From positions 248,001-312,000 of the forward strand of contig JBLWGC010000230.1 in assembly GCA_048772705.1 (NCBI GenBank): a stretch of 64,000 nt of DNA, given 5' to 3'. The position numbers were made by a program, and so were the translations under genes. Below the pieces are notes generated by a model. The model was not told the DNA's origin. It saw only the letters and a list, made by a program, of their open reading frames with translations, and made no database searches. Each line of letters opens with the position of its first letter. Position 1 is the first letter of the stretch. This DNA comes from Leidyana gryllorum EB-2025a (taxonomy: Eukaryota; Protista; Apicomplexa). Positions 47,353 to 59,331 of this stretch are shown here, piece after piece.

Positions 47353-48108
47353 CTAAGCTGATGACGCAGGGAATCGAACTTCGATTGCAGATCTAATGGC
47401 CTTCACTGCTTGTGGTATATCAGAGGCATTGAAGACAGCGCTACCCGCAACAACAGCATTTGCACCTGCTTTGACAGCAATGGGAGTGGTTTCAGGCGTC
47501 AGACCGCCGTCCACCTGAATACACAAATCCGGGAAGTTCTCACGAAGCCATTCAACCTTTGGCATCATGTCTCCCATGAATTTCTGACCACCGAACCCGG
47601 GCTCCACTGTCATTACGAGCACATTGTCCAACAACTTCTCTTTCAGCAACGGTTCCAACACTTCCACAGCAGTCTTTGGTTTAATACTGATGCTCGATTT
47701 GACTCCAGCTGCTCGAATCGCTCCGCAAACGGCTTTCGCAGCCGTCACATCGGCGACAGCTTCAATGTGAAAAGTTATCTGAGAGGCACCGGCGTCCGCG
47801 AACGCTGTGATCCAAGTCTGTGGTGCCTCAATCATCAAATGGCAATCCAGAAAAGCGTCAGGCAACGCCTTTCTCAGCGCCTTCACCACACATGGCCCAA
47901 TAGTGATGTTCTTCACAAAGTGTCCGTCCTGTCGGTAAATAACGAACACATGCACGCACTCAAAAGCAGTAACTACAGGGCTTACCATCACATCGACATG
48001 AAGCCAATCAGCCCCCAAGTCGCAAACTAACTTGGCATCCCGCTCGAGGTTGGCAAAGTCCGATGACAGGATAGAGGGAGCGAGAATCGGTTGGGGGGAA
48101 GTGCTCAT
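47353..48108 (-). CDS. RPE: Ribulose-phosphate 3-epimerase; one 57-nt intron (47929-47985)
   Basis: APSILSSDFANL, LHVDVM/DGHFV, DCHLMI, MTVEPGFGGQKFM, IQVDGG and AGANAVVAGSAVF. Confidence 0.97.
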   Translation of the reverse strand: MSTSPQPILAPSILSSDFANLERDAKLVCDLGADWLHVDVMVSPVVTAFECVHVFVIYRQDGHFVKNITIGPCVVKALRKALPDAFLDCHLMIEAPQTWITAFADAGASQITFHIEAVADVTAAKAVCGAIRAAGVKSSISIKPKTAVEVLEPLLKEKLLDNVLVMTVEPGFGGQKFMGDMMPKVEWLRENFPDLCIQVDGGLTPETTPIAVKAGANAVVAGSAVFNASDIPQAVKAIRSAIEVRFPASSA

Positions 48109-48140
48109 GACTGAAAAAGGTGTAACAACCACTCACAAAA

Positions 48141-48521
48141 ATGGTACAAGGCAAACGCAGTAATACTTCAAAAGGACGGGGAAACAGCCGGAAAAGGGAC
48201 ACAAAGGTGGCTACAAAGCAGCAGAAAGGATCTCTGAAGCTACTAGCTGTGGAGCCAGCATCTGATTCGAAACACAAACTTCAAGCTCGATTCCAAACTC
48301 AGCAGGGAAATGAGAAAGTCGTCAAGTTCGGTCTCAAGGGGTATCAGGATTTCACCATGCATCACGACGAGAGCAGAAAGAAGAACTATCTGACTCGTCA
48401 TCGCGCTCAAGAAAACTTCAATGACCCAACCACACCAGGGGCTCTATCTCGCTGGATACTCTGGAACAAAGACACCGTGGATGCCAGCGTTAAGGATTTC
48501 CGACAGCGCTACCATGTCTGA
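48141..48521 (+). CDS. Intronless 126-aa basic protein resembling a small protein family of large dsDNA viruses / Polinton-like viruses (DUF5754-like)
   Basis: Motif KVVKFGLKGYQDFTMHHDESRKKNYLTRH...ENFNDPTTPGALSRWILWNK.T..AS..DF matches the recalled viral consensus FG.KGY.D(Y/F)T.HKD..RK..Y..RH...W.DP.T.G..SRW.LW. Recognition is from memory, not from a search. Confidence 0.7.
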   Translation: MVQGKRSNTSKGRGNSRKRDTKVATKQQKGSLKLLAVEPASDSKHKLQARFQTQQGNEKVVKFGLKGYQDFTMHHDESRKKNYLTRHRAQENFNDPTTPGALSRWILWNKDTVDASVKDFRQRYHV

Positions 48522-48580
48522 TAAACTGAATAAATACAGTTCATCAAAGTAGCAATTCTCAAAAAAACAAGAATTGTAAG

Positions 48581-49282
48581 ATGCGAGTGGTCATTAGAGA
48601 TCGTAGCTCTGACACCCTCGGTACCAACCGATCCAGCGCTCTCTGGGTGGCCTCGGTCTCGATGATGGGAATTCCTCCCATCTCGAGTCTCGGAGCGGCA
48701 CTCGATAAACTCGAGGTCCAGGCAGAGGCCAAACCAGACAAGGCGCTCGATGGTGATCGCCTCATTGAGCCACTGCCCAGTGCCGGACCTTTCCGCGAAC
48801 CAGAGATCCCCGCTGGGAACCAAGCCCCCTCACCGGCAGCGGATCCAGTCCCAACTCCTGATGAGTCGAGCACTGATTTTGGCGAGGTTCTTCAGAACGT
48901 AGTTTTCGGACAACAGGTCGGGGTAGTGCTTCCTGCAAAGTACACCCGTAACTGGGAGGAATCGTGGGACAAGACGCCAGTCGGGATGCCTAAAGGACTC
49001 TTCGGAGCAGATGGGGATCGCTTGGAAGTCGATGGGATGTCAGAACCATTGTATCTGGACGCACCAGTGGATATGCTCCAAGGCCATCGATATAAAAGAG
49101 TGTGCAAGGAGGGAGGGGAGTTCTACGAAATGGCATTGAGGCAAATCTGGGATGAGGACCAACAGGAAGTGGTACCGCAATGGAAAAAGACGAAGCGACG
49201 TGTTACGAAGGGGGCTAAGATAATGTCCGCAACAGACCCCGATAATTCTCAAGAGCGCATATTAGTCGCCATGGGCGAATAG
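48581..49282 (+). CDS. Hypothetical protein, apparently intronless; true start may be the MMG ATG near 48662
   Basis: 233-aa ORF filling the gap between genes, with a globular-looking C-terminal half. No recognised motif. Confidence 0.6.
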   Translation: MRVVIRDRSSDTLGTNRSSALWVASVSMMGIPPISSLGAALDKLEVQAEAKPDKALDGDRLIEPLPSAGPFREPEIPAGNQAPSPAADPVPTPDESSTDFGEVLQNVVFGQQVGVVLPAKYTRNWEESWDKTPVGMPKGLFGADGDRLEVDGMSEPLYLDAPVDMLQGHRYKRVCKEGGEFYEMALRQIWDEDQQEVVPQWKKTKRRVTKGAKIMSATDPDNSQERILVAMGE

Positions 49283-49627
49283 AGTCAGAATTGCCGTCCG
49301 TGCCTATTGATAGCAATGAACATCTAGCAACTAATGGATCCGTGAATTGCCAGCACACACGTCTCCGACACACACATTGGCCCAGGCAATATTAGTGAGC
49401 CTGTGAGGGCAGCCGTCGTTCTTAAGCAGCAAAAACGCGCCGAATGGTTGGGGTAGCTATGTAGATCGCGTTGAGTAGCCGCCTGTTGACATCTTGTGTA
49501 GCCCAATATCTATGTATGCCATAAAGGCCACAAAACGGAGGGCTGTTTTTTCTCTCTCTGTGGATGCGTACCAGCGCGTAGAGGCAGGCAGCCATCCGTC
49601 CGTCCGCCGAGAGAATTGAATTAACGA

Positions 49628-52600
49628 ATGGCTGCTAAGCAGAGAGGCGGAGGGTCTAAGAAACGTCTATCGCAGCGTCAGCCGTCATTGGATATCAGGT
49701 TCCACGCCCAACCACCACCAAGCCTCGGGGGCCCGGTTAACGGGAATGCCCTAACGACCAGTCCATCAGCAGCTGCACCAGAAGTGACTCCTCCTTCTAA
49801 CGACAACAACTACATGCAAACCCGTCGCGAGTTTGTATTCGCCTCTCTAGTAGTAAGTTGGTTCGGCCTCAGACGCCGGGCATTCATTCGTTCCGTAGGG
49901 GCATCGTATTTCGGTCACCACCCGAGACGGGTCAGTGATATCGGGCGTTTTTTCCCTTCACGGCAACTCGCAACTCCTACCAGGCACATGGAGATCTCTG
50001 CCCCAGGACCCTCATGAAGCTACACCCTCTCCCGAAACAACTTTCGTTTATACCCCTGCGCGTCCTCCGACGGTGGAGCCCGAGGATGATGGTTGGCGTG
50101 TCGTGAAGCAAAAGCGAAGGTCCACAACTCGACCCGCTACGAGTATCAATCCCTCTAATAATAAACAGTCCGTTGGTGGCGAAGTGCTGGAAGATACAAA
50201 TAGTTCTGTTTCTTCCAACTCCGAGGCTCCGCCAGCGTTTGAGCTCCTTTACGCGGAGCACCGTGCTGCCAAGTCGAAACAAAGCTATTTGTGGCTGAGA
50301 TGTGCTTACCGCACAGCGTCTGCCACTCAGCGAAGTTCCCGTGTTATGGATTGGCTCGCACTTCCGTGGGACGAAGTTGCCTACGTGTCAGCGTCTGACG
50401 TCGCTGACAATCCGGATGAGCTCGGGTCGTCTCGACCTCGCCTTGGGTTCCAGACCGACGCAGAGATCAGCGCCAATACGCGTATACAACCGGAACGTCA
50501 ATTGCAGCGTTGGGCTGACCACGAGCAAGGCCCAGATGGCAGTCTTTTAGGTGACACCAGCTGGCCAGCTACCATCGCCGAAGGTACAGAAGAGGGCCCA
50601 GGAACTTGGGATCAGTTCACAGTCAACGAACACAAGTTCGGTGTCAAGAGCACATATGTGGATGGCATGTACTCTACTGCCTTGAACGAGGAGGTCATCC
50701 CCCAGGAATATATTCAACACGCCGATAGACTCGCAGAAGAGATGGACCAACAAAGAAAGAGTCGCATAAGAGGGGATGGGCGGTATCAATATCGATCAGA
50801 CGATTCGGCCGATGAAATCGAAGACGAAGAGGCAAGATTTTCTGCCGTCGCCGGGACTGGAAGATATGCCAACCCCAAACTCTTGTCACGGTCCGCTCGA
50901 CCCCAACCTGTCCCTGACAATCAAGCCTTGTACAATCGAAGATCTCTCGGGCGGGGTCGCCATGAACAACAACATCATCCAGCAGCGCCGCCAACCTCAC
51001 AACGCCCTCCTCAACCCACGCCCATCCCTACTCCCACTGTCACCAGTGTCCAACAACGACCCGAGTTACTTAAAAGGCAGTGCAGTTCCCACGCGTCCAA
51101 TTCCTCCGCGCAACCCCCACCTCCACCCAAGCAACAAGATCCTCCCCCACCCGCACAGACCCCAACGCGCCACCCCGAAAACCAGGATAATGCCACCAGA
51201 AACGTCAAAGTAAGCCCCTTCCGTCCTCACCAAACTAACTTCCGTGCTTCCCCAGGACAATATCAACGCGCTTAACCTGGAGCCGATCAAGACGCGGAAG
51301 ACCAGTCATCGAAAGGAAGGGGCATGGGTACTGCCCACAACGGCTACGTCTAGCCAACAACACCAGGGTCAAACTGATGTACGGGAGAAACTGGAGGCCA
51401 AGAAGGCAGAGTTCCTCAAATCGTTACGGATGATTGAGAACAACCTGGCAAAGTACGTTATTCTCCAGAAAGGGAGCCTGCATGACCGTACCGTTCCTCC
51501 TTCGAGATTCCATGTCTCACCGCGCACACACTATTCTCATTCGTGTCTTCCCCGCAGGAAAGGATGGGATACCTCCAAATCCAACACTACAACGGCCGAA
51601 AATGCGGCATCATACCGTACAACTGATACCATAGCAACTCCGCCCTCCTCTCGGAAACAGGCCCCAAGCGAAAGGCCATCGAGTGCGGCTGTGCCTGAAC
51701 ATCGCACGGGCCTGCCGGCGCCGACGCCGGCCGCCGTAGCCACCGCCACGGCTGACCCAATGGGCGTGCAAGCGCAATGGCCCGCTCCAGTACAACAGGG
51801 GAGTTCAGGTACTGGGGACGGTCTCGCTTCTGAGGACGTGTCCTCCACTGCGGAGGAGTCTCTAATGGAGAAGCGTTTGTTTCAATTCAACCCGAATGCC
51901 ACAACATTTACGCCTAAGGGGAATAGCAATGAAGCAGAACGTGCTGCTCCGCCACCACCTGCGCCAGTGGAGCCCACGAAACCTGCCATGCCCGAGCAAC
52001 CATCGCGACCGCCCCCACCGGGTCCCTCTGCGCCCGCTGCCAAACGCAGCAATATTGCTTTCAAGCCTTTTGACTCAGCTCTCGCTGTAAGTTATATGCT
52101 CTATTGAGCGTCGTCACCAGCGAGTTTGTGCTCCGCTTGCTGCAAACCATCTCCACCCCTCCTCACGTGTAAAGGCTTGTTGGTCTGTCTCCGACCACGT
52201 GACGGCTGGTTTCGCTTTGCTCCCTCATAGTTCCGCTCTGATTGGTTGTGGAGGTCCCGACTGTAAATTGCAATTTGTAGGATCTGCGTCGCCGGGGCAA
52301 ACACTCGTACGAAGAGGCGGCGAACGTGGATGACGCGTCTGAAATGTCGATGGTGTCTCACTTTTACGATATCTTTGTTGAAGCTGCCCGCGAAGGGGTA
52401 GTGAATCAACCTCCAAGTCAACAACCACCTGATTGGGACCACAAGATGAACATCAGCTACACGGATTTGTTGCATCCAACGCCGGTTATGACTGCGATGC
52501 CGACTCCGCCAGCGGCTGCCGCGCCTGCGTTCTTTGCCCCCTCGGCCCCACAGACGCCGCAAGCCATCTTTTTCCCATCAGCGCAAGCTGCTGCGGCGGC

Positions 52601-52910
52601 GACATTGAATCCTGCGGCCCCTCCTTTCACCCATGTAACGCCGCCGCCCCACTTCTTTAATCTGCCGTTGATGCGGCCGACCATGTTGACCCAAGCTGGG
52701 ATGGCCGAGCCGCCGCCGGGCAGTCTGCAGCCAGCGGCCGCGTACCACCCCATAATATTACCCCAACAGAGGTGGCCAGCGATGGCTGGGCAACCGGATG
52801 GAGCTCCGTGGCAAGTGTTACAAGCGGCACCCGCAGCTGCATACAGCCCCGAGCTGTTCACTACGTATAGTTTGGTCTGTCAGCGCATGCCTTATCAAAT
52901 GCCCAGATGA
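49628..52910 (+). CDS. ATXN2: Ataxin-2 / Pbp1 homologue (Lsm, LsmAD, PAM2); multi-exon
   Basis: GFQTDAEIS, RQLQRW, WDQFTVNEHKFGVKSTY...YSTAL and EDEEARFSAV. PAM2-like FNPNATTFTP and LNPAAPPF. Confidence 0.9.
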
Positions 52911-53008
52911 TGACTCTTGTTGACTAAATGACTGACTGACTGACTGACTCAATCGCTGTCTAACTTGATGATGATTCTCCCACGAACGAAACAGATTCCT
53001 CATCACAC

Positions 53009-54089
53009 TCACTCCGCTGTCGTTCCGGCTGTTGCTGGTGCTGTATTCTCATCATCAGCCTCGAATCGCTTATAATCAGCTTGTACGCCCTGTTTCCTAC
53101 CCTTCTCCATTTTCTCCCGTTGTTCTATCACCCACTTCAAATACACATCGTAATATTCGTCAAGTATCCCATCAACTTTGTTCACGAACTGGTCGTACCC
53201 GCTCGCTGTGGGGTTGAGTTCAGTGGCAGCTCCCACTGCTACTCGCTCGAAAGCATCGTAGAAGCTGGAAAGGGCATAGGCGCACGACTTGGACAACCTG
53301 AAAGAACACAAAGTACACGATGTGACACTGCTCACTTAAATTGATATACTCACGTTGCGGCATAAGTGTCTTCGTCATTCGCTGCCTGAGCGAACGAAGT
53401 TGGGTCAGCAATCCACTCCATCAATCGGGTTGGCTCCGCCAGGTCAGACTTGGTGAATACTCCAATGAACGGCACCTTACTCTTGTACAACACGCTACAA
53501 GCATACATCATATTCGCCATCAAAGTCGTTGGCTTTTGACTCCGAACGCTGTCTATTGTGAAGGCGACCACCACTGGCATACTCAATGCCAACGAATCTG
53601 TATGCCAAGAGAATGTGATGAAAGACTCATCGAGCTGAATGAAACTCACCCAGAATAATCGTGCCCGAAGCACTCCAATTGAACACCTCGATCTGACCCG
53701 GAGTATCAATCAGCACGTAATCCACCTGACCGCGCCGCTTTTCCACCAAATTCAGCACTTTGTCGAACTGGGTCGCATATAAGTTCAAGGCAGTCATAAT
53801 TGCCCCATTTGGTCCCAGCCCGTACTGCTCCATCACCTTCTTATAATGCACAGTCTTCCGAATGTCAATATTCACCGGGAACGGCACCTTGTCCACCGCA
53901 GGGTCCAGATTAATTCCATATACTCTCTTCTTAGACTTCAATAACTCCGCATACAGATTAGCAGCAAACGTGGTCTTCCCAGTACCAGCCATTCTGCACG
54001 ACTCATTTCATTGTCCATCCACATCCTTCCACTCACCCAACGATTACAATGGCCACAGGCCGTCCATCCCCACGTTCCGGTAAGTCCAT
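53009..54089 (-). CDS. GPN1: GPN-loop GTPase 1 (Npa3/XAB1); multi-exon
   Basis: [20 protein letters not shown]...[38 protein letters not shown] and [12 protein letters not shown]. Confidence 0.95.
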
Positions 54090-54147
54090 TGCAGATAGTA
54101 ATTGTACTCAGCCGGTTTGTTGTACAGTAAGTGGTCCAAAAAAAAAG

Positions 54148-56140
54148 TCACGAGCGAGCAGCGAATCTCTCCAGACCCGACCTCCCAGCAGCATTATCCA
54201 AGTCCAGTAACTTGTACAGAGCAAAGTTACGACCCCGGAGCTTCTCCGCCTCCGCTTTCAGCTCCTTCTTCAGCTCCTCCTTCCCTCCTTTGCTCACCAG
54301 ATCACTCAAAACGTACGATCCACGAGGATCGTAGGCCAACTGCTTCGCATGTTGAACCAGCAACTTGAAAAGCGCCTCTCGAGCCTCTCCTTTGAACACC
54401 GCCAGACATGTTTGCAACATGTACCCCTGACGACCCAATTTCTGCATTATCGCATCCGATGATTTAATCACTTCCAACAATGCCTTTTGGAGCCGCTTTG
54501 CCAACGTCTTCTTCAACGGCATCCGTAATACCGTCTGAGCGATACTCAGACCTGTCGGATTGAATTCAGATTCATTCTGCTTAGCGAGTGCAGCTCGCTC
54601 CGCAGCCGCGGCCTTGGCGGCTGCCCCGGAAAAGAACCCTCCCTTCTTCCTTGGCGCAGGACGTGGTAAATGTAAAAGTCTCTGCCAAAACACTTGGTTC
54701 TCATCATCCGCCGTGCTCGCTTCATTGTCATCGCTTTTCAACACCACTTCTTTCAAATGGTCCACAAACTCCTGAGAAGTCTCTTCGCCAAGCCGACTCG
54801 CACATTCCCCAGCCTTCCATATCACAGCTGGCCGCTCACTCAGTATTCTCGACCAATTGAGAGCTTTGGAGAAGTCACGCCAGGATTTCACGCTTATGCC
54901 CTTTGCAGCCAACCACCCTTGAACCATGAAGTTCGATACTGGCGCGGTACAAAGCTCATCCAGACGTGAGAACATCCAATCTCTTCCCAACGATCGATGT
55001 AATTTGGAGTTCAGTCGGCTGACTCCGAATTCCATTATATGACTTCCAAACTTGGATCGACTCAGATTGGTGAATGCTTTGGTCTCTTCATCATTCTCCC
55101 AAGACGGGAGGAGATGACTGTAAACCTCGGCCTTCACTTCAACTACACCCAGCTTGGATCCTTGATGCTCATCAGTGTATATACTGCCATCCTCCAACAA
55201 CTCCATCATCTTGAGTAGTACCTGAAGAGTATAACTGGCCTTTTCGTTATGGTACATCTTCTGGTGGAGGTACTCCCGATAGTCTTCTGGGCAGTCGATC
55301 CACAAATCACTAATAAATCTCAACAACATCCAGCATAGTTGCTCGTCCATCGCAACCTCTTCTAATCGACGCGTCACTTCCTCACCCCCCTTCCCTCCTG
55401 GGGTTCCCATACTTAATTCGTGCCCCGCACAGGCGGCAAATACTTTTCGTAATACATAAGTTCCATTGCTCGTCATTAGATCCCACACGGGACCATGAGT
55501 ATTCACTTTTCCCTCAGTAGCTTCAGCCTTCAACTCACATAGCTCCTTCACCACCAAACGAAAGCTGTCTCGCACTTCTTCTACGTACTTCCCGACCTTC
55601 ATACTGATGTTCCGAGCAACCAGATACATTGATATCAAACGCTCCATGACTCGAGAGCCATACAAACCACCAGCAATTCTGTCGCTATTTCCAATGACTT
55701 TGGACAGCAGATGACAGTAAAAGTCAACGAAGATCCCCATACGCTCTTTGCTGTCGTCCTCGTCAACGTGCTCTTGAATTTGCTCCATTTGAGTTATCAG
55801 ATATTTCATTATGTATTCCACTTGTTGACTGCACTTTTGCTCCAAGCACAGATTGACAAACTGAGATGGTATTTCAGCGAAGCCCCCCACTCATCAAGCT
55901 TACCTGGCGTTGATTCAACTCGGCCTTATAGGCACGCGTCAGAGCTTGCAGCGCGCTAACATCTGGCCAGGAATCAGCGTCCAGCACCTCGCGCACGGAC
56001 TTGCTATACTCTAGAAAGCCTTCCACGTCGGCTCGTTTACCATCAAAGCGCACCAACGAAGCATCAGTCTTCGTAGAGGAACTATTCGCAGCGGTTCGGC
56101 GTTTCTTGCGTGGATTAGAGCTCGATGCGTCAAAGGTCAT
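54148..56140 (-). CDS. NOP9: Nop9-like Pumilio-repeat nucleolar protein; two exons
   Basis: Puf-like repeats QKCSQQVE, SNGTYVLR, EKASYTLQ, KFGSHIME, PVSNFMVQ and DPRGSYVL. N-terminal NLS PRKKRR. Confidence 0.8.
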
Positions 56141-56279
56141 CAGGTCAAAAGAGGGAAAAAATCTTCCGACCGCTCATCCTCTTCAATTGTCAAATCCGAT
56201 GGCTTGATAATCGGTACGCCTCACGAGGTTGTCTTTTGACTGCACTGACCCTCCAGACTTCCCTGAATCCCTCGCAGAA

Positions 56280-57604
56280 TTAGGGCCACAGTCTGTTGGG
56301 CCCACTTCCCGTCTCAAACAGGCCATCATATGTAGTGCTCCCATTATTAGTACGCCTATCGGCGCGCCATAGATTCGATAGACTGCCATAACTAACGCAC
56401 CTGATAACGCCAATAGTAGTACCAGCATATAACTCTCGTTCATAGTCGGGCAGCCATCGATCGAACGAACAAGAATGCCGGAACACCGCACGTCATCCGC
56501 AGGAAGACAATAAGCTGTGAATCACTTTCGATGGAGTCAACTTAACGACTCACTGTTCCCCCCTTCGATACAATAGGCGCAATCTTCCAGCGTTCTCTCC
56601 ATATCATCTCGTGATCGTACACATTGGTCGCAGTGGTCAAAGAAGTGACATCCACTCATCCTTCTATGTTTTTTCTGTTGCTCCCGCAGCTTGCATGGCA
56701 GCCAACACTCCTGCTTGGTCGTCAGCCTCGATGCCGACCATTGCGCGTCCTGACAACATATTGACTTTAGTCGTCGTGCAAACTCACTCAATCTCTCAAT
56801 TTGCTGCGCATAATAGGCCCCTTGCAAGATGTCCTGCACCAGTCGTTCTCTGGGGGGTAGGTTGAAAATAGATTCGGCCAGGGCTGTGAACTCTGACTCA
56901 TCCTCTGGTCTCCCCAACGCTTTCAACCGGTACATCAACCCCCCCACATCCGCACATTGGTTTTCATCGCCTGCCAAATGGTCTTCCAGGTATTCCCTGG
57001 CTAAATCTTCGGCTTTTGCCACAGCATCGTCAAGTTCGCTCCTCGCTACTATCACAATCGGCATATTGCTACGTTCGGGGTACACTTCGTCGTAAAGTGC
57101 TCGCAGCAGTTTGCTGACTATTTCTATCGAAGCACTGAGCTGCGCAAGCTGATAAAGTGAACGTATCTGGTCTCACCGAGAGCTGTTTTTCCTGCATACT
57201 GAGTTTCAGTTCTTCGGCTGTCCGGAAACTCTCCGCGTCCAGTTCCTCCAAGCTGATTTGGACAGCCTGGACGCGATCCTCCAGGTCTAAAGAACTTTCT
57301 CAAGGCTGGGCTCCATTAATTACTCACGTTGCAACACAGCTTTGGCTCTGTAGGCATCTGATATGCACGATAGTCTGATTTCATCTACTCACTGTTCTTG
57401 AAGTTCGAGAACCTGTTCTGCCTGCTTCTGCCTCCTCAGTTGGGTAGCAGCTTGACCTGCATTCATCACCAACGGAAGGGCTTGTTGAGCCGGCCCCGCC
57501 ACCTGAGTCAACAAGGCTGTGCCTAAGGATCCCAGCCCACTGGGGAGCTGGCTAAGCGCCACCACACCACTGAGCAGCCATCCTAGAAAGAAATGGCCCA
57601 GCAT
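56280..57604 (-). CDS. Hypothetical secreted protein; multi-exon, 3' end uncertain
   Basis: Signal-peptide-like MLGHFFLGWLLSGVVALS. Short ORFs at 57389, 57069, 56537 and 56280 can be joined by gtgag...ag introns. Helical region followed by a Cys-rich segment. Confidence 0.5.
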
Positions 57605-57849
57605 GACACAAAGTCCAAATATGACGACCACACACGTGTGCCCTCTTAGATCCTGATCACCCACCTTAGATCGCTGGGCAAGATTCAGCTCCGTATGAGC
57701 TCGGGAAGGACGGCATCGAAATGGCTGGCGATATTTGTGATTGATTGTTGGACAGCTGTGTGTGCATTATCCCAGATCTAGCTACCTTATTTTTATACCA
57801 TCAATCACCAGCATCAGCTTCAGTTGCTTTTCTTGTGTTCTAATCTGCA

Positions 57850-59331
57850 ATGTTAAGGTTCTCTGCTCTACAGACGCTTGGCGCAGTGATGCTCTCGCAT
57901 CCTCTTGGCGCTTACGGGTACAACCACGCGACCCAAGCGGCTTGCGGGCAAGCAATTGACATATTGTTCCTTCAAGATACTACTCAAACATTCTATGCCG
58001 ACCTGCCGGTAGTGTTGCGTCAGCTGCCGGAAATCTACTCCTCAGTGTATGAGATGTTCCCAGGATCACGTTTCGGCGTGGCGGAGTTCAAGGACAAGCC
58101 CTTTTATCCTTTGGGTTATCCGGGACATGACTACTGCTATCGTCTGGTTTCGCAAGCTCTGACCACCGATCTGATCTCATTGATGGAGGACTACGGCGAG
58201 TTGTACGTGTCTGCCGGCGGCGATCTGCCTGAGGCTAGTTATCAGGCGTTGATTAATGCCTGTTACGATAGTCGTGTGGGATGGAGAGAGTTTGCTGGTC
58301 CAGAAATCGACGTCACGAAGACAGCAGCACGTATTATCGTGCTTGTCACTGATGCAAGCCCTCACTTTGAGGGTGACATGGCGAAGTATCCGAATGATGT
58401 CCCTCAGCTACCCAAGAATCCAGGTGGCATTTGGCAGGATGCCTTTGATGACTTCTGTGCTACATACGATTATCCTCACTTCAATCAGGTTGTGGATGCG
58501 GTTAACGACCAACAAGTGGCTGTCATTTTCCTGGTTCGTAACGACTCTCAAAACTCATTCTCGGCGTGGTCTTGGTTCAACTCTTACCTCGGACAGCCTG
58601 CTGACATGATTCAACCGCTGAGTGATGATCCGACCGAGTTCACAGAAGCCTTGATTCGAGTCCTTACGTACATAGGCAATGATCAATGTATCACCACGAC
58701 TACGACTACGACGACGACCACAACCCCGACAACCACGACTCCGACCACAACGACAACTCCGACCACCACCACCACCACCACCACCACCACCACCACCCCG
58801 ACCACAACAACAACGACTACCACAACTGAGTCCACCGCTCCCGCTCTCCCGACTACGGAGCCGACGCCCGAGCCGACTACCACTGAGTCGACCACTACTG
58901 AAGCAACGACCACCACCACCACGACTGAGCCCACTACCACGGAGTCAACCACTACGGAGTCGACCACTACCGAGTCGACCACCACTGAACCGACGACCAC
59001 CACTACGTCTACCACTTACCGGACGGAGAAGACAACGACCGTGACCGATCCGATTGTGTGGGACACCTTCCCTACTGAAGGGACTGCTGCCCCTGTCGGA
59101 ACTGAGGGGCAAGTGACCCGACCCCCTGCCCCCCAAACGAGCCCTGCTGAGGGAGGAGACGGCGATGGGGAAGGCACTACAAAGAAGCACTGCCGCCATA
59201 AGGAGCGCTGCAGTAATGATCTAATAATCAATATCCCTCAAGGCAACAAAGAGTTCGCTTTGAATCTGAACGCCGCCCACGCCCTGGAGTGGAAAGATGT
59301 GAGATTGGCTCATCCAGATGCTGCTCTGTGA
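57850..59331 (+). CDS. Intronless secreted protein with an integrin-beta-I-like vWA domain and a Thr-rich mucin stalk
   Basis: Signal peptide. CGQAIDILFLQDTT, RFGVAEFKDKPFYP, SAGGDLPEASYQAL, VGWR, ARIIVLVTDASPHFEGD and YDYP...VIFLV follow the integrin beta I-domain motif order. Poly-Thr stalk. No obvious TM helix. Confidence 0.9.
   Translation: MLRFSALQTLGAVMLSHPLGAYGYNHATQAACGQAIDILFLQDTTQTFYADLPVVLRQLPEIYSSVYEMFPGSRFGVAEFKDKPFYPLGYPGHDYCYRLVSQALTTDLISLMEDYGELYVSAGGDLPEASYQALINACYDSRVGWREFAGPEIDVTKTAARIIVLVTDASPHFEGDMAKYPNDVPQLPKNPGGIWQDAFDDFCATYDYPHFNQVVDAVNDQQVAVIFLVRNDSQNSFSAWSWFNSYLGQPADMIQPLSDDPTEFTEALIRVLTYIGNDQCITTTTTTTTTTTPTTTTPTTTTTPTTTTTTTTTTTTPTTTTTTTTTESTAPALPTTEPTPEPTTTESTTTEATTTTTTTEPTTTESTTTESTTTESTTTEPTTTTTSTTYRTEKTTTVTDPIVWDTFPTEGTAAPVGTEGQVTRPPAPQTSPAEGGDGDGEGTTKKHCRHKERCSNDLIINIPQGNKEFALNLNAAHALEWKDVRLAHPDAAL
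58693..59020 (+). repeat. Thr-codon (ACN)n low-complexity tract including a perfect (ACC)n run
   Basis: Encodes TTTT/PTTT/ESTTT repeats. Confidence 0.9.

Noticed and set aside
48100-49330. Integrated Polinton/virophage element around the virus-like gene
   Set aside because: No terminal inverted repeats, target-site duplication, capsid, ATPase, integrase or polymerase genes are visible.
52920-52950. (TGAC)5 tract between ATXN2 and GPN1
   Set aside because: It is an ordinary short microsatellite in a convergent 3' region, with no further structure.
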